Shown: positions 41,417 through 54,736 of the stretch, in pieces
Layout of the letters: each line of letters starts with the position of its first letter
How positions within the stretch are numbered: the stretch's first letter is position 1
Source: an uncultured Alphaproteobacteria bacterium
GTDB taxonomy: Bacteria; Pseudomonadota; Alphaproteobacteria; Bin95
Length of the DNA: 64,000 bases
Direction: 5' to 3'
Assembly: GCA_963807085.1 (NCBI GenBank)
Contig: CAWEBB010000022.1
Location: forward strand, 119,406 to 183,405
The notes under the pieces: generated by a model
Seen by the model: only the letters and a program-made list of their open reading frames with translations
Database searches by the model: none
What the model was told of the DNA's origin: nothing
Made by a program: the position numbers and the translations under genes

Positions 41417-42840
41417 CCGCCGAAGAGCGCGCCCGCCGCTGCCGTTGCCGGGACGGTGATCGGCCCCGGAACGACGATGAACAGAAGCACCACCACGGCG
41501 CAGATAAACAGCATCGCGCCCATCTCTCGGCCGATGGTCGGGTCGAGCGGCTCGCTCGCCTCGTCGAAATACATCAGCTTGACGATGCGCAGGTAATAGA
41601 AGCAGCTCACCACGCTGGTGACCACGCCGAGGACGGCAAGAACATAGAGTTCCGCACCCACTGCCGCCTGAAACACGTACAGCTTGCCCCAGAAGCCCGC
41701 CAGCGGCGGTATGCCCGCCAGCGAGAACATGAAGGCCGCCATCGCTGCTGCCATCAAGGGGTGCGTTTTGGAGAGGCCGGCCAGGTCGTTGATGTCCTCC
41801 ACCATGCGCCCGCCGCGGCGCATCGAGAGAATACAGGCGAAGGTGCCGATATTCATGAACAGGTAAATCGTGAAATAGATCAGAACGCCGGAGACGCCGG
41901 CCTGGGTGCCGGCCGCCATGCCGACCATTGCAAAGCCGACATGGCCGATGGTGCTGTAGGCCATCAAGCGCTTGATGTTGGTTTGCATGATCGCGGCGAA
42001 CGCGCCCAGGATCATTGAGGCAAGCGAGATGAAAACAATTATCTGTTGCCATATATCGACCAACCCGCCGAATGGCACGTACAATACGCGCACGAAAAGT
42101 GCGATGGCCGCGATCTTTGGCGCCACGATGAAAAAGGCGGTGATGGGAGTCGGCGCGCCCTCGTAGACGTCGGGCGTCCACATGTGGAACGGCACGGCCG
42201 AGACCTTGAACGCCAGACTGGCCGTAATGAAGACGATGCCCGCAGCGACGCCAAGCGGCATGCCTTCCGGTCCCGCAAAGACTTCGGCCACGCCCTCGAA
42301 ACTGGTTTGGCCGCTGAAACCATAGACGAGCGAACAGCCATAGAGCAGCAGGCCGGAGGAAAGGGCGCTGAGGACGAAATATTTCAGGCCGGCTTCGCTC
42401 GAACGTAGCGAGTCCCGGCGGAATGCGGCCAGGATGTAAAGCGAGATCGATTGCAGTTCGACGCCCAGATAAAGCGCCATGAAATCGTCGGCAGAGACCA
42501 TCATCAACATGCCGAGCGTCGCGACGACGATCAGGACCGGGTACTCGAACCGCTGCATGTCTTCCCGGTCGCAATAGCCGACGGCCATGATGATGGACAT
42601 CGCGCTGGCCAGAAGAACCAACACCTTGACAAAGCCGGTGAAACCGTTCTCGACGAACAGGCCGTCAAAGGCAACGCCGTTCTCGCCGAACACGCTGAGC
42701 ACCATGACGCCGATCAACAGCAGCGCAGCCAGACCGGCGAGCATCTTGGTGCCTTCGTCGCCGCGGAACACGCCGATCATCAGTAGCAGCATTGCGCCGA
42801 CGGCTAGGGCGACTTCGGGCAGGGCAATCGTCCAGGCCAT
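41413..42840 (-). CDS. nuoN: NADH-quinone oxidoreductase subunit N
   Basis: [40 protein letters not shown]. Confidence 0.97.
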   Translation of the reverse strand: MAWTIALPEVALAVGAMLLLMIGVFRGDEGTKMLAGLAALLLIGVMVLSVFGENGVAFDGLFVENGFTGFVKVLVLLASAMSIIMAVGYCDREDMQRFEYPVLIVVATLGMLMMVSADDFMALYLGVELQSISLYILAAFRRDSLRSSEAGLKYFVLSALSSGLLLYGCSLVYGFSGQTSFEGVAEVFAGPEGMPLGVAAGIVFITASLAFKVSAVPFHMWTPDVYEGAPTPITAFFIVAPKIAAIALFVRVLYVPFGGLVDIWQQIIVFISLASMILGAFAAIMQTNIKRLMAYSTIGHVGFAMVGMAAGTQAGVSGVLIYFTIYLFMNIGTFACILSMRRGGRMVEDINDLAGLSKTHPLMAAAMAAFMFSLAGIPPLAGFWGKLYVFQAAVGAELYVLAVLGVVTSVVSCFYYLRIVKLMYFDEASEPLDPTIGREMGAMLFICAVVVLLFIVVPGPITVPATAAAGALFGG

Positions 42841-42858
42841 GAGTTTTGCACTGCCTCC

Positions 42859-44409
42859 TTAGTGGTTGCCGGCCGCGGGTGCGGCGGCCTGGGTTTGAGC
42901 CGACTGGGCCGACGCGGCGTCCAGTGCCGCGGACGTCTGGTCGACGATCGCGGCAACCGACGGATGAATCACATCGAGGAATGAGCTGGGATAGATACCC
43001 ATCCACAATACCAACGCCACCAGCGGCGCCATAATGCTGACTTCGCGCCAGTTCAGGTCCAGCAATGCTTTCAGGTCTTCCTTCTCGAGCCTGCCGAAGA
43101 TCACGCGGCGGTACAGATAGAGCAAGTAGGCCGCACTCAGGATAACGCCGCTCGCAGCGAACAACGCCACCCAGGTATTGTCCTGGAACGCGCCGGCCAG
43201 CACCAGGAATTCACCGACGAAACCGCTGGTCGCGGGCAGACCGACGCCTGCCAAGACGAACACCATGAAGACAAACGCGTATTTCGGCATGTTGTGGACA
43301 AGACCGCCATAGCGCGAGATTTCCCGGGTGTGCAGCCGGTCATAGACCACGCCGACACACAGAAACAGCGCGCCGGACACGATGCCGTGGCTCAGCATCT
43401 GAAACATCGCCCCTTCGATGCCCTGGATATTCAGGGTGAACAAGCCGATGGTCACGAGGCCCATATGCGCGACGGAGGAATAGGCTATCAGCTTCTTCAT
43501 ATCCTCCTGCGCCAGCGCGACCAGCGAGGTATAGACCACCGCGACGCAACTCAGCACATAGATCAACGGGGCGAAGTCGGCCGAGGCCTCTGGCAGCATG
43601 GGGATCGAAAAGCGCAAGAAGCCGTAGCCGCCCATTTTCAACAGCACGCCCGCCAGAATGACCGACCCCGCCGTCGGCGCCTCCACATGGGCGTCCGGCA
43701 GCCAAGTATGAACTGGCCACATGGGTATCTTTACCGCGAACGAGGCGAAGAAGGCGAGCCACAGATAGGTTTGCATTTCCGGGTCGAAGGCGTGGTTCAG
43801 CGCGTCGGGAATGCTGGCGGAGCCAACCTCCCAGTACATCGCCAGAAGGGCGATCAACATCAGCACCGAACCGAGGAAGGTGTAGAGGAAGAACTTGAAT
43901 GCCGCGTAGATCCGCCGGCCGCCGCCCCAGACGCCGATGATCAGGAACATCGGGATAAGAACGCCTTCGAAAAACACGTAGAAGGCAAAAAAGTCGAGCG
44001 CACAGAACATGCCGACCATGAAGGTCTCGAGCACGAGGAACGCGATCATGTATTCCTTCACCCGCTCCCGAATCGCGTCCCAGGAAGCCAACACGCAGAT
44101 TGGCGTGAGGAAGGTCGAGAGTAGCACGAAGAACAGACTGATGCCGTCGATGCCGACCCGGTAGGCGATATCGAACTCGGGGAACCAGGGCTGTTCTTCG
44201 ACGAACTGGAAGTCGGCCGTGCTGGGCTCGAACCCGAACCAGAGGAACAGCGACACGACAAAGGTGATCCCGCTGGTCCACAACGCCACCATGCGGGCGC
44301 TGCGGGCTTCGGATTCCCGATCGCCGCGCGCCAACAGCAGGATCAGCAGCGCGCCGACAAGGGGCAGGAAAATCGTGAGCGATAACAAGGGAAGGCCGGT
44401 CACCGTCAC
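42859..44409 (-). CDS. nuoM: NADH-quinone oxidoreductase subunit M
   Basis: [31 protein letters not shown]. Confidence 0.97.
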   Translation of the reverse strand: MTVTGLPLLSLTIFLPLVGALLILLLARGDRESEARSARMVALWTSGITFVVSLFLWFGFEPSTADFQFVEEQPWFPEFDIAYRVGIDGISLFFVLLSTFLTPICVLASWDAIRERVKEYMIAFLVLETFMVGMFCALDFFAFYVFFEGVLIPMFLIIGVWGGGRRIYAAFKFFLYTFLGSVLMLIALLAMYWEVGSASIPDALNHAFDPEMQTYLWLAFFASFAVKIPMWPVHTWLPDAHVEAPTAGSVILAGVLLKMGGYGFLRFSIPMLPEASADFAPLIYVLSCVAVVYTSLVALAQEDMKKLIAYSSVAHMGLVTIGLFTLNIQGIEGAMFQMLSHGIVSGALFLCVGVVYDRLHTREISRYGGLVHNMPKYAFVFMVFVLAGVGLPATSGFVGEFLVLAGAFQDNTWVALFAASGVILSAAYLLYLYRRVIFGRLEKEDLKALLDLNWREVSIMAPLVALVLWMGIYPSSFLDVIHPSVAAIVDQTSAALDAASAQSAQTQAAAPAAGNH

Positions 44410-46343
44410 GCTCCCGCTCGGCTAAAGTACCAGGTCAAAAACAGCACCACGCCGATCAGCATCGCGAAGGCGTAGTGATACACGTACCCGCTTTGCAGAC
44501 GGCTGGCATTGCGCGCCACGTCCACTACCCGGGCGGCGATACCGTCTGGTCCAATGCCGTCGATCACGTTGCCGTCACCCCGTTTCCAGAGGAAACGGCC
44601 AAACACATGGGCCGGGCGGACGAACAGCCAGTGGTACAACTCGTCGAAATACCATTTGTTCGCGAGGAAGGCATGGACGCCCTTGGCGCTTTCCATCAGT
44701 TCGGCCACCGTTTCGCGATGCCTGATATAGAGGTGGTAGGCCAGATAGATGCCCAGCAACGAGACTACCAGCGGCAGCAACACCACCCAGAGCGGCACGT
44801 CGTGCGCATCGTGCATCGTGTGGTTTTCGGGCAGCATCAAGATTGAGCCCTGCCAGAACTCCTCCGGGTGATCGCCAACCATCCCGGTGCCATAGTAGAA
44901 CAGCATGCCGGCAAACACCGCGCCGAACGCCAGCACGTACAGCGGGATGAGCATGACCTGCGGCGACTCGTGGACATGCGCCATCACCTTTTCGTCCGCA
45001 TGCGCGGGGCCGTGGAAGGTCATGAACAGCAGGCGCCAGGAATAAAAGGCGGTCAGGAATGCGGCCAGAATGCCCAGGATGAAGGCGAGCGTGCCAATCT
45101 CCGTGCCGGCGGCGAACGCACTCTCCAAAATCAGGTCCTTGGAATAGAAGCCGGCAAAGAAGGGAATCCCGGCCAAGGCCAGCGAGCCGATCCACATCAA
45201 GATATAGGTTTTGGGAATCAGCTTGCGGATGCCGCCCATCTTGCGCATGTCCTGCTCGTCCGACATGGCGTGAATGACGCTGCCGGCGCCGAGGAACAGC
45301 AGTGCCTTGAAGAACGCGTGCGTCGCCAGGTGGAAGATCGCAACCGGATAGGCGCCGACGCCGCAGGCAAAAAACATATAGCCCAGCTGCGAGCAGGTAG
45401 AATAGGCAATCACCCGCTTGATGTCGTTCTGCGCAACGCCGACGGTCGCGGCGAAGAACGCGGTCGCGGCGCCGATGAAGGTGACGAACGCCATGGTGTT
45501 GGGCGCATATTCGAACATCGGGCTCATGCGCGCGACCAGGAATACGCCGGCCGTCACCATGGTTGCCGCATGGATCAAGGCGCTGACCGGGGTCGGGCCC
45601 TCCATTGCGTCCGGCAACCAAGTGTGCAGGCCGATCTGGGCGGACTTCGCCATGGCGCCGATGAACAGCAGGAAGCAGAGAATTTCGAGGACCGGGAATT
45701 CCATCGAAAGGAAGGTCAGGGACTGGTCGACCACCTCCGGTGCCGCAGCGAAGATCACGTCGAACTGGATGCTGTCGAATACCAGGTAACAGCCGACGAC
45801 GCCGAGCGCCATGCTGAAGTCGCCCACGCGGTTGACGATGAATGCCTTGATCGCGGCCGCATTGGCGCTGGGACGGTCGTACCAAAAGCCGATCAAGAGA
45901 TAGGAGCAGACCCCGACGCCTTCCCAGCCGAGATACAACTGCAACAGGTTATCCGCGGTCACCAGCATCAGCATGGCAAAGGTGAACAGCGAGAGATAGG
46001 ACATGAAGCGCGGGATGCTGGGATCGTGGTGCATATAGCCGATGGAATAGACGTGCACGCACGCGCTCACCAGCGTGACGACCACCAGCATGACGGCGGC
46101 CAACGGGTCGAACCGCAGCGCCCACCGGGCCTCCAGCGTGCCGGACGAAATCCAGGTGGCGAGGTCGGCATGATGGGGGTTGCCCATCAGCGCGATATCG
46201 ACGAACGCGACAAGGGAAATCACGGCGGCAAGGATCACCAGCCCGCAGGTAACCAGTTGAGCGCCACGGTCGCCGATGGCGCGGCCGAAGAAGCCCGCGA
46301 CCAGCGCCCCGATCAGCGGCAGAAAGATGGCGAGGGAATACAT
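44406..46343 (-). CDS. nuoL: NADH-quinone oxidoreductase subunit L
   Basis: [43 protein letters not shown]. Confidence 0.97.
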   Translation of the reverse strand: MYSLAIFLPLIGALVAGFFGRAIGDRGAQLVTCGLVILAAVISLVAFVDIALMGNPHHADLATWISSGTLEARWALRFDPLAAVMLVVVTLVSACVHVYSIGYMHHDPSIPRFMSYLSLFTFAMLMLVTADNLLQLYLGWEGVGVCSYLLIGFWYDRPSANAAAIKAFIVNRVGDFSMALGVVGCYLVFDSIQFDVIFAAAPEVVDQSLTFLSMEFPVLEILCFLLFIGAMAKSAQIGLHTWLPDAMEGPTPVSALIHAATMVTAGVFLVARMSPMFEYAPNTMAFVTFIGAATAFFAATVGVAQNDIKRVIAYSTCSQLGYMFFACGVGAYPVAIFHLATHAFFKALLFLGAGSVIHAMSDEQDMRKMGGIRKLIPKTYILMWIGSLALAGIPFFAGFYSKDLILESAFAAGTEIGTLAFILGILAAFLTAFYSWRLLFMTFHGPAHADEKVMAHVHESPQVMLIPLYVLAFGAVFAGMLFYYGTGMVGDHPEEFWQGSILMLPENHTMHDAHDVPLWVVLLPLVVSLLGIYLAYHLYIRHRETVAELMESAKGVHAFLANKWYFDELYHWLFVRPAHVFGRFLWKRGDGNVIDGIGPDGIAARVVDVARNASRLQSGYVYHYAFAMLIGVVLFLTWYFSRAGA

Positions 46344-46344
46344 C

Positions 46345-46653
46345 TCAGCCCTTCATCAGGTTGATGTCGTCCACCGCGATCGAGCCGCGGTTGCGGAAAT
46401 AGACCACCAGAATGGCAAGCCCTATCGCGGCTTCCGCGGCCGCGACGGTCAGCACGAACATGGCGAATACCTGGCCGGCGAGGTCGTCCAGATAGGCGGA
46501 GAACGCGACGAAGTTAATGTTCACGGCGAGCAGGATCAGTTCGACCGACATCAAAATGATGATCACGTTCCGGCGGTTGAGGAATATGCCGAAAATACCG
46601 ATCGTAAAAAGAATCGCTGCGACGGTGAGGTAATGGGCGAGGCCGATTTCCAT
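46345..46653 (-). CDS. nuoK: NADH-quinone oxidoreductase subunit K
   Basis: [23 protein letters not shown]. Confidence 0.96.
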   Translation of the reverse strand: MEIGLAHYLTVAAILFTIGIFGIFLNRRNVIIILMSVELILLAVNINFVAFSAYLDDLAGQVFAMFVLTVAAAEAAIGLAILVVYFRNRGSIAVDDINLMKG

Positions 46654-46666
46654 GGGTGTGATCCTT

Positions 46667-47278
46667 TTAGGCGCCTTGCCCGGTTTCGACCTTGACGACT
46701 TCCAACGTGTCCGCCGGACGGCGATCCAATTGGGTCGCGACCCGCTGCTTGCGCACATGGGGACGCTCGCGCAGCGTCAAGACAATGGCGCCGATCATGG
46801 CGGCCAGCAGCACCATGCCTGCCGCCTGGACCAGGTAGAAATAGTCGGTGTAGAGCACGTGTCCCAGCGCGTGCGTGTTGGTCATCACGGCGATGGGCGG
46901 GGCAGGTTTGGCGCCGGCCATACCTTCCGGCAGCGCAATATTACCCGCCACCAGCAGAACCAGCTCGATCAGCAGGACCGCGCCGATTATCCCGCCGATC
47001 ATGGCGTAGTTCTGGGCGCCCCGGCGCAGTCCCTGGAAGTTGATATCCAGCATCATGACCACGAACAGGAACAGCACGGCGACCGCGCCGACATAGACGA
47101 TGACCAGCACCATCGCCAGAAACTCCGCGCCCATCAGCACGAACAGGCCGGCCGCATTGAAGAAGGCGAGGATCAGCCAGAGCACGGAATGCACGGGGTT
47201 TCGCGACGTGACGACCATCAGTGCGGAGATGATGGTGACGGCGGCAAACAGGTAAAAGGCGATGGCGGGGATGATCAT
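46667..47278 (-). CDS. nuoJ: NADH-quinone oxidoreductase subunit J
   Basis: [26 protein letters not shown]. Confidence 0.96.
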   Translation of the reverse strand: MIIPAIAFYLFAAVTIISALMVVTSRNPVHSVLWLILAFFNAAGLFVLMGAEFLAMVLVIVYVGAVAVLFLFVVMMLDINFQGLRRGAQNYAMIGGIIGAVLLIELVLLVAGNIALPEGMAGAKPAPPIAVMTNTHALGHVLYTDYFYLVQAAGMVLLAAMIGAIVLTLRERPHVRKQRVATQLDRRPADTLEVVKVETGQGA

Positions 47279-47302
47279 GGGGTGGAATTCTCTCGCCTGG
47301 CG

Positions 47303-47791
47303 TCAGCGGTAAGGCGCGTCGGCTTCCAACGCTTTGGCAATGGCGCTCTCCCACCGGTCGCCGTTCTCGAGCAGTTTTTCTTTGTTATACATCAGCTCTT
47401 CGCGGGTTTCGGTAGCGAACTCGAAATTTGGGCCTTCGACAATCGCATCCACCGGGCAGGCTTCCTGACAGAGGCCGCAATAGATGCACTTGGTCATGTC
47501 GATATCATAGCGGGTGGTGCGCCGCGAGCCATCGGCCCGAGGCTCTGACTCGATGGTGATGGCCAGCGCCGGGCATACCGCCTCGCACAGCTTGCAGGCG
47601 ATGCAGCGTTCCTCGCCGTTAGGGTAGCGCCGCAGCACATGCTCGCCCCGGAAGCGGGGAGAGAGCGGGCCTTTCTCGTAAGGGTAGTTCAGCGTGTATT
47701 TCGGCTTGAACATGGCCTTCAGCGTCACGCCCAGGCCATAGATGACATCGGTCAACAGAAAGCCGCGGGCAGTGCGGTCAAAAAATGACAT
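47303..47791 (-). CDS. nuoI: NADH-quinone oxidoreductase subunit I
   Basis: [12 protein letters not shown] and [12 protein letters not shown]. Confidence 0.97.
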   Translation of the reverse strand: MSFFDRTARGFLLTDVIYGLGVTLKAMFKPKYTLNYPYEKGPLSPRFRGEHVLRRYPNGEERCIACKLCEAVCPALAITIESEPRADGSRRTTRYDIDMTKCIYCGLCQEACPVDAIVEGPNFEFATETREELMYNKEKLLENGDRWESAIAKALEADAPYR

Positions 47792-47803
47792 GATCTCTGC
47801 TCC

Positions 47804-48853
47804 CTAACCGGCCGGATGGATAAGTACGGGTGCCGGAACCCAGCCAAAGGCGACCAGAACGCCCGCGGTGAGTACCACCCAGAACAAGGTGAAGGGAAGG
47901 AAGACCTTCCAGCCGAGCCGCATCAGTTGGTCATAGCGGTAGCGCGGCAACGTCGCGCGCACCCACAGAAAGCCGAACAGCAGCACGCAGGTCTTGAGGA
48001 CGAACCAGAAGACGCCCGGGATCCAGTTGAACGGGGGAATGTCGATGATCGGCAGCCAGCCGCCCAGGAACAGGATGGTGCCCATCCCGCTCATCAGAAT
48101 CATGTTGGCGTATTCGCCAAGGAAGAACAGGGCAAAGGCCATTGCCGAATATTCGACGTTGTAGCCGCTGACCAGTTCGGCCTCCGCTTCCGGTAGGTCG
48201 AATGGCAGGCGGTTGGTCTCCGCCAGGCCGGAAATGTAGAACACGATGAACATCGGCAGCAGTGGTATGCAGAACCACAGGCCGCGCTGCGCCTCCACGA
48301 TCGCGGAAAGGTTCAGGGAGCCGACGCACAGCAGCACGGTGATTATGACGAAGCCGATGGAAACCTCGTAAGACACCATCTGCGCAGCCGAGCGCAGTGC
48401 GCCGAGGAACGGGTAGCGCGAGTTTGAGGCCCAGCCGGCGACGATGATGCCATAGACGCCCAGCGAGCTGATGGCGAACAGATAGAGGATACCGACATTG
48501 ATATCCGCAATCACCCAGCCTCTGTCGACCGGGATAACCGCCCAGGCGACCAGCGCCAGGATGAAGGTGACAATCGGCGCCAGCATGAACAGAAAACGGT
48601 TGGCGCCCGTCGGAATCACGGTTTCCTTGGTGAACAGCTTCAGGCCGTCGGCGATCGGCTGCAACAGGCCGAACGGCCCGACGACATTAGGGCCCTTGCG
48701 GTATTGCATGGCCGCGATGACCTTGCGTTCGGCATAGGTCAGATAGGCGACGGCGCCCACCAGCGGCAGAACCATCGCCAGGATCTGTAAAACGATGATG
48801 ACACCGGGCCAGACATAGCCGCCCCAGAAGCCCATATCGGTTGCGCTATCCAT
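47804..48853 (-). CDS. nuoH: NADH-quinone oxidoreductase subunit H
   Basis: ERKV...GPN...[30 protein letters not shown]. Confidence 0.97.
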   Translation of the reverse strand: MDSATDMGFWGGYVWPGVIIVLQILAMVLPLVGAVAYLTYAERKVIAAMQYRKGPNVVGPFGLLQPIADGLKLFTKETVIPTGANRFLFMLAPIVTFILALVAWAVIPVDRGWVIADINVGILYLFAISSLGVYGIIVAGWASNSRYPFLGALRSAAQMVSYEVSIGFVIITVLLCVGSLNLSAIVEAQRGLWFCIPLLPMFIVFYISGLAETNRLPFDLPEAEAELVSGYNVEYSAMAFALFFLGEYANMILMSGMGTILFLGGWLPIIDIPPFNWIPGVFWFVLKTCVLLFGFLWVRATLPRYRYDQLMRLGWKVFLPFTLFWVVLTAGVLVAFGWVPAPVLIHPAG

Positions 48854-50909
48854 TGGTGCCCGTCACCTTTTCGTCCGCATTCTGGGCTGGCATTAACTCT
48901 TCGATGCACCGGGCCATCGTCGCGGAGGCGCGGGCGATCACGTCGGTGTGATAGTAGTTGGCGAGCGCCGGCGCAAATGGCGCATCGTCCATCGAGCCCT
49001 CGGCGCCGAATGTGGCCCACTCTGCCTCGGTCAGCATGTCCAGGTTCGCCAGGTGGGGAACCGCCGCTTCCATGGCGTCCCGCAGGCTGTCCAGATCGTT
49101 GTAGGGCAACGGATCGCCGAGCGCGCCGGAAAGCGCCCGCACGATCGCCCAGTCCTCTTTCGCCTCACCGGGCGGGAAGACGGCGCGGAAGGCCAGTTGC
49201 GGCCGGCCCTCGGTATTGACGTATGTGGCGTCCTTTTCCGTATAGGCGGCGCCGGGCAGGATCACGTCCGCCGCATGTGCCCCCCGGTCGCCATGGTGCC
49301 CCTGATAGACGACGAAGGCATCGGCGAGCTTGTCCGTATCGACCTCGTCCGCGCCCAGCAGATAGACGACCTCAACCTCGCCGGAGGAGGCGGCGTTCAG
49401 GATGGTGTTGGTGTCGCGACCGCCTTCGCCCGGCACAAAGCCCAGGTCGAGCGCGCCGACGCGGCCCGCCGCCGTGTGCAGCATGGCGAAGCCGTCGCGG
49501 CCGCCCGCACGGTTCTCGGCAAGCGCGCGGGCGGCCGCGAGGATCGCGGGGCCGTCGGGGCGGGCCAGCGCGCCCTGACCCACGACCACCAGGAGCCTCT
49601 CGGCATCGTCCAGCAGCTTGCAGAAATCATGGCTGCCGTCGCCGATCTCGGTCAGGGTCTGCGTGCCGGCGCCCAAATACCGGGTCGGATAGGAGAGGTC
49701 CGCGTTGTCGCCGATCACGCCCACCGGCATGCCGGTTTCCAGCCAGCGCTTGCGGATGCGCGAGTTCCAGACCGGCGCTTCGAGCCGCGGATTGGTGCCG
49801 ATCAACAGCACCGCATCGGCTTCCTCCACCGCTGCCAGGCCGGCATTCATGATGTAGCCGGCACGGCACGAAGGGTCGATGGCCGCGCCATCCTGGCGGC
49901 AGTCCATGCCGGTGACGCCGAGGCCGTCCAGCAGGCCCTTCAGCGCGAACACGCTCTCGCAATCGACCAGATCGCCGGCAATCGCGCCGATCTTCGACGG
50001 CTCCGTCTCTTTCACCTTGTTGGCGATCGTCTGCAAGGCTTCCTGCCAGCTTACCGGCTGCAGCTTGCCGTTCTTGCGCACATAGGGTCGGTCAAGGCGC
50101 TGGCGGCGCAGGCCGTCATAGGCAAAGCGGGACTTGTCGCCCAGCCATTCCTCGTTCACTTCCTCGTTCAGGCGCGGCAGCACCCGCATCACCTCGCCGG
50201 AGCGGGAATCGACCCGGATGTTGGCGCCCATGGCATCGTGCACGTCGATGCTCTGAGTCTTGGTCAGTTCCCACGGCCGCGCCTCGAAGGCGAATGGCCG
50301 CGAGGTCAGCGCCCCCACCGGGCACAGATCGATGATATTGCCGGAAAGTTCCGACGAAATACCCTGTTCCAGGGTGGTAATTTCCATGTCACCAGACCGG
50401 CCAACCGCGCCTATCACCGGCACGCCCGCAACATCATCCATAAAACGGATACACCGCGTGCAGTGGATGCAGCGGGTCATGATCGTCTTGATCAGCGGAC
50501 CCATATATTTGTTTGCTACGGCGCGTTTCGCCTCTTCATAGCGCGAATGGTCCATGCCGTAGAACAGCGCCTGGTCCTGCAAATCGCACTCTCCGCCCTG
50601 GTCGCAGATCGGGCAATCCAGCGGGTGGTTGATCAGCAGCATCTCCATCACGCCGCGGCGGGCCTTGATGGTCATTTCGCTGTCCGTGAAGACTTCCTGA
50701 TTGTCGGCCGCCGGCAGCGCACAGCTCGCCTGAGGCTTGGGCGGACCGGGCTTCACCTCCACCAGGCACATGCGGCAGTTGCCGGCGATCGCCAGGCGTT
50801 GATGATAGCAGAAGCGGGGAATTTCCACGCCGGCGACCTCGCAGGCCTGCAACACGGTGCTGCCCGGCGGGACTTCGACTTCAATGCCATCGACTTTGAG
50901 CTTGGGCAT
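48846..50909 (-). CDS. nuoG: NADH-quinone oxidoreductase subunit G
   Basis: RFCYH...[32 protein letters not shown]. Confidence 0.97.
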   Translation of the reverse strand: MPKLKVDGIEVEVPPGSTVLQACEVAGVEIPRFCYHQRLAIAGNCRMCLVEVKPGPPKPQASCALPAADNQEVFTDSEMTIKARRGVMEMLLINHPLDCPICDQGGECDLQDQALFYGMDHSRYEEAKRAVANKYMGPLIKTIMTRCIHCTRCIRFMDDVAGVPVIGAVGRSGDMEITTLEQGISSELSGNIIDLCPVGALTSRPFAFEARPWELTKTQSIDVHDAMGANIRVDSRSGEVMRVLPRLNEEVNEEWLGDKSRFAYDGLRRQRLDRPYVRKNGKLQPVSWQEALQTIANKVKETEPSKIGAIAGDLVDCESVFALKGLLDGLGVTGMDCRQDGAAIDPSCRAGYIMNAGLAAVEEADAVLLIGTNPRLEAPVWNSRIRKRWLETGMPVGVIGDNADLSYPTRYLGAGTQTLTEIGDGSHDFCKLLDDAERLLVVVGQGALARPDGPAILAAARALAENRAGGRDGFAMLHTAAGRVGALDLGFVPGEGGRDTNTILNAASSGEVEVVYLLGADEVDTDKLADAFVVYQGHHGDRGAHAADVILPGAAYTEKDATYVNTEGRPQLAFRAVFPPGEAKEDWAIVRALSGALGDPLPYNDLDSLRDAMEAAVPHLANLDMLTEAEWATFGAEGSMDDAPFAPALANYYHTDVIARASATMARCIEELMPAQNADEKVTGTNG

Positions 50910-50925
50910 GCTTGAACGCTCTCCC

Positions 50926-52207
50926 TTAAGCCGCGGCCCGCGCGTGATATTCGGCGATGCGGGCTTCCATCTCCGGCCGGAAATGCCGGATCAGGCCCTG
51001 GATCGGCCAGGAGCCGCCGTCGCCATGAGCGCAAATGGTGTGGCCTTCGATTTCCTTGGTGACGTCCCAGAGCATATCGATTTCCTCGACCCGGGCGTTG
51101 CCCACCTCCATGCGGCGCATTACACGCTCCACCCAGCCGAAGCCTTCGCGGCAGGGCGTGCACTGGCCGCAGCTTTCATGCCGGTAAAACTGCGCGAGCC
51201 GCGTGAATGCCCGGACGATGTCCGTGGACTTGTCCATCACGATCAGCGCCGCCGTCCCCAGCCCGGACTGCGCGTTGCGCAGCGAATTGAAATCCATCAA
51301 GACGTCGTCACAGATCGATTTCGGCAGCACCGGCGTCGACGAGCCGCCGGGAATCACGGCCAGCAGATTGTCCCAGCCGCCGCGCACGCCGCCTGCGTGC
51401 TTTTCGATAAGCTCCCGCATCGGAATGCCCATCTCTTCCTCGACATTGCACGGTTGGTTTACATGGCCGGAGATGCAGAAAATCTTGGTGCCCGTGTTGT
51501 TCTCACGCCCCAAACCCGCGAACCATTCCGGGCCGCGGCGCAGAATGGTCGGCACCACGGCGATGCTCTCCACATTGTTGACGGTGGAGGGGCAGCCATA
51601 GAGGCCGGCGCCCGCCGGGAAAGGGGGGTTTCAGCCGCGGTTGGCCTTTCTTTCCCTCCAGGCTCTCGATCAGCGCGGTTTCCTCGCCGCAGAGATAGGA
51701 GCCGGCGCCCCGATGGACGTAAAGATCGAAGCCAAAGCCGCTGCCACAGGCGTCCGGGCCCAGATAGCCGGCCTCGTAGGCCTGGTCGATGGCGGCGTTC
51801 AGGCGTTCGGCCTCGCGGTAGAACTCGCCGCGGATGTAGATATAGCCCGCGTTCGCGCCCATCGCGGCCCCGGCTATCAGACATCCCTCGATCAACTTGT
51901 GCGGGTCGTGGCGCATGATGTCCCGGTCCTTGCAGGTGCCGGGCTCGCCCTCATCCGCATTGACCAGCAGATAGGCGGGCTTGCCGCCGGTGTCCTTTGG
52001 CATGAACGACCATTTAAGGCCGGTCGGGAAACCCGCGCCGCCGCGGCCGCGCAGGCCGGAAGCCTTGACCCGGTTGACGAGCTCATCGCGGCCAAGCGCG
52101 ATCAGCGCCGCCGTATCGTCCCAGCTGCCGCGCGCGTGCGCGCCATCAAGGCCCCAGTCGTCCTGGCCGTACAGGTTCGTGAAGATGCGGTCTTCGTCGC
52201 GCAACAT
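50926..52207 (-). CDS. nuoF: NADH-quinone oxidoreductase subunit F, frameshifted near 51618
   Basis: [33 protein letters not shown] in ORF 51503; [18 protein letters not shown] in ORF 50926. Confidence 0.95.
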
Positions 52208-52211
52208 GGCT

Positions 52212-52826
52212 TTAGTCGTCTCCACCAACGGTCTTCAGCGTGGTCAGGCCACCGGCCGGAGCGGAGGTCATCCGCTCGATCTGTGGGCCCGGCGTCGGTC
52301 GTTCGCCGTCGGCCAGCGCATCCAGGATGGCTTCCATACTGGCGCCGTCCAGATCCTCGTAATAATCATCACCGATAGCGATCATCGGCGCGTTCACGCA
52401 CGCCCCCAGGCATTCGACCTCGTGCAGCGAAAACAGGCCGTCCTCGGTGGTCTCGCCAAAATCAATGCCAAGCCTCCGCTTGCATGCCGCGACCACCTCG
52501 TCGGAGCCGCGCAGCCAGCACGGCGTCGTGGTGCAGACCTCGACATGGTACCGGCCGCCTGGGGCGGTGCGGTACATGGTGTAAAAGCTCACCACCTCCC
52601 ACACCCGGATTTCCGCCATTTCCAGCATGCTTGCGATACGGGCGACTGCCGCGGCGGTAATCCAGCCATGCTGGCGCTGCGCCAGATCCAGCAGCGGCAT
52701 CACCGCGCTTTGCTGACGCCCTTCCGGGTATTTGGCGATATGTTTCTCTGCCTCTGACTGGTTGTCGTCGGTGAAGGCAAAGCTCTTCGGCTGCAGGGCT
52801 TCTTCCGCGATGTGAAAGCGGCTCAA
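52212..52826 (-). CDS. nuoE: NADH-quinone oxidoreductase subunit E
   Basis: [24 protein letters not shown]. Confidence 0.96.
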   Translation of the reverse strand: MSRFHIAEEALQPKSFAFTDDNQSEAEKHIAKYPEGRQQSAVMPLLDLAQRQHGWITAAAVARIASMLEMAEIRVWEVVSFYTMYRTAPGGRYHVEVCTTTPCWLRGSDEVVAACKRRLGIDFGETTEDGLFSLHEVECLGACVNAPMIAIGDDYYEDLDGASMEAILDALADGERPTPGPQIERMTSAPAGGLTTLKTVGGDD

Positions 52827-54001
52827 CGGTCGACCTCCCCGAACACAATATCCATGGCGCCCAAGATGGCGACGCTGTCGGCCAGCATGTGGCCCTTGCT
52901 GAGGAAATCCATGGCCTGCAAATGGGCGAAACCGGGCGCGCGGATTTTGCAGCGATAGGGCCGGTTTGTGCCATCCGACACCAGATAGACTCCAAACTCA
53001 CCCTTGGGTGCTTCCACGGCGGCATAGGTTTCGCCGGGGGGCACGTGATAGCCTTCGGTATAGAGCTTGAAGTGGTGGATCAGCGCTTCCATCGACCGCT
53101 TCATCTCCGCCCGCCGCGGCGGCGCGATCTTGCCGTCGGTCGTCATCACCGGCCCTTCCGGCATCTGGTCCAGGCACTGATGGATGATGCGGAGCGACTG
53201 GCGCAATTCCTCAACCCGGACCAAGTAGCGGTCGTAGCAGTCGCCCGTCTTGCCGATCGGGATGTCGAAGTTCATGCGGTCATAAACGTCATAGGGCTGG
53301 GCCTTGCGCAAATCCCAGGCGACGCCGGAGGCCCGCAACATCGGGCCGGAAAAGCCCCAATCCATCGCGTCTTCGCGCGAGGCGATGCCGATGTCGACGC
53401 ACCGCTGCTTGAAGATGCGGTTTTCGGTCAGGAGAGTTTCCATGTCGCGGATAAACTTGGGGAAATTGTTCGCCCAGGCCCGGATGTCTTCGGCCATGCC
53501 CGCGGGAATGTCCTGATGGACGCCGCCCGGCCGGAAATAGGCGGCATGAAAGCGCGCGCCCGATGCGCGCTCGTAGAATTCCAACAGCTTTTCGCGCTCT
53601 TCGAAACCCCAGAGCATCGGCGTCATGGCGCCGACATCCAGGGCGAATGCGGTCAGGTTCAGCAGGTGGTTCAGAATACGGCCGATTTCCGAGAACAGCA
53701 CGCGAAGATACTGGCCGCGTTCCGGCACCTCGACACCCAGCAGCCTCTCGGTCGCGAGCGCGAACGCGTGCTCCTGGTTCATCGGCGCGACATAGTCCAG
53801 CCGGTCGAAATAGGGCAGCGCCTGCATATAGGTCTTATATTCGATCAGCTTTTCAGTGCCGCGATGCAACAGGCCGATATGGCTGTCGATGCGGTCGATG
53901 ATTTCGCCGTCCATCTCCATCACCATGCGCAGCACGCCGTGCGCGGCCGGATGCTGGGGACCGAAGTTTAGCGTGTAATTCTGGATATGCTGTTCGACCA
54001 T
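52823..54001 (-). CDS. nuoD: NADH-quinone oxidoreductase subunit D
   Basis: [30 protein letters not shown]. Confidence 0.98.
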   Translation of the reverse strand: MVEQHIQNYTLNFGPQHPAAHGVLRMVMEMDGEIIDRIDSHIGLLHRGTEKLIEYKTYMQALPYFDRLDYVAPMNQEHAFALATERLLGVEVPERGQYLRVLFSEIGRILNHLLNLTAFALDVGAMTPMLWGFEEREKLLEFYERASGARFHAAYFRPGGVHQDIPAGMAEDIRAWANNFPKFIRDMETLLTENRIFKQRCVDIGIASREDAMDWGFSGPMLRASGVAWDLRKAQPYDVYDRMNFDIPIGKTGDCYDRYLVRVEELRQSLRIIHQCLDQMPEGPVMTTDGKIAPPRRAEMKRSMEALIHHFKLYTEGYHVPPGETYAAVEAPKGEFGVYLVSDGTNRPYRCKIRAPGFAHLQAMDFLSKGHMLADSVAILGAMDIVFGEVDR

Positions 54002-54003
54002 CG

Positions 54004-54630
54004 TCAGCCCTTAGCCTCCCCAGCATCCGCCTCCTCAGCATCCGCCGTGGCCTTCTCATCGCCCGGCAGCAGTTCCTCCGGTCCCTCCCACGGGGAGAGG
54101 AAATCGAAGGTCCGGAAATCCTGGGTCAGCCGCACCGGCTCATTGACGACGCGCTTTTCTTCCTCGTCGTACCGCACCTGAACATGGCCGGTCAGCGGAA
54201 AATCTTTACGCAGCGGATGCCCCTCAAAGCCATAGTCGGTCAGGATGCGGCGCAGGTCCGGATGGTCGCTGAACAGCACGCCATAGAGGTCGTAAGTTTC
54301 GCGCTCGAACCAGTTTGCCGTATTAAATATGCCGACGATCGAGGGAACCGGGGTATCCTCATCCGTGGCGACTTTCATGCGGACGCGTTGGTTTTGGCGA
54401 TGCGAAAGCAGGTGATAGACAACCTCGAACCGCTCTTCACGATCGGGATAGTCAACGCCGCAAACGTCGATCAGCATCTTGAAATCGCAGGCCGGATCAT
54501 CTCGCAGATAGGTTGCGGCGGCCGGAACCGAATCGCGTTTCACCCAGACGACCAGTTCCCCCCGCAGAATTTCGGTGCGGATCACGGCGTCGGGCAAGCC
54601 GGCTTCGATATGGTCGGCTAGGTCTTGCAA
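54004..54630 (-). CDS. nuoC: NADH-quinone oxidoreductase subunit C
   Basis: [30 protein letters not shown]; TTG start uncertain. Confidence 0.95.
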   Translation of the reverse strand: MQDLADHIEAGLPDAVIRTEILRGELVVWVKRDSVPAAATYLRDDPACDFKMLIDVCGVDYPDREERFEVVYHLLSHRQNQRVRMKVATDEDTPVPSIVGIFNTANWFERETYDLYGVLFSDHPDLRRILTDYGFEGHPLRKDFPLTGHVQVRYDEEEKRVVNEPVRLTQDFRTFDFLSPWEGPEELLPGDEKATADAEEADAGEAKG

Positions 54631-54640
54631 GCGTGTCTTT

Positions 54641-54700
54641 CCTTCAACGCGGGCTCTCGACGAGGGCCTTCAATGAGGGCCTTCAACGATGACCTTCAAA
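54641..54700. repeat. Degenerate 13-bp tandem repeat (about 4.6 copies) in the nuoB-nuoC spacer
   Basis: ccttcaacgcggg|ctctcgacgaggg|ccttcaatgaggg|ccttcaacgatga|ccttcaaa. Confidence 0.8.
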
Positions 54701-54736
54701 TGCGGACAACGGGCGCGTAACGATGGTCAGCGGGGG

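Noticed and set aside
40685-42574. 629-aa ORF as a novel BirA fusion
   Set aside because: Its 5' part is an alternate frame of nuoN; birA starts at 41416, overlapping the nuoN stop
54641-54700. Tandem repeat as a CRISPR array
   Set aside because: 13-bp units with no spacers and no cas genes
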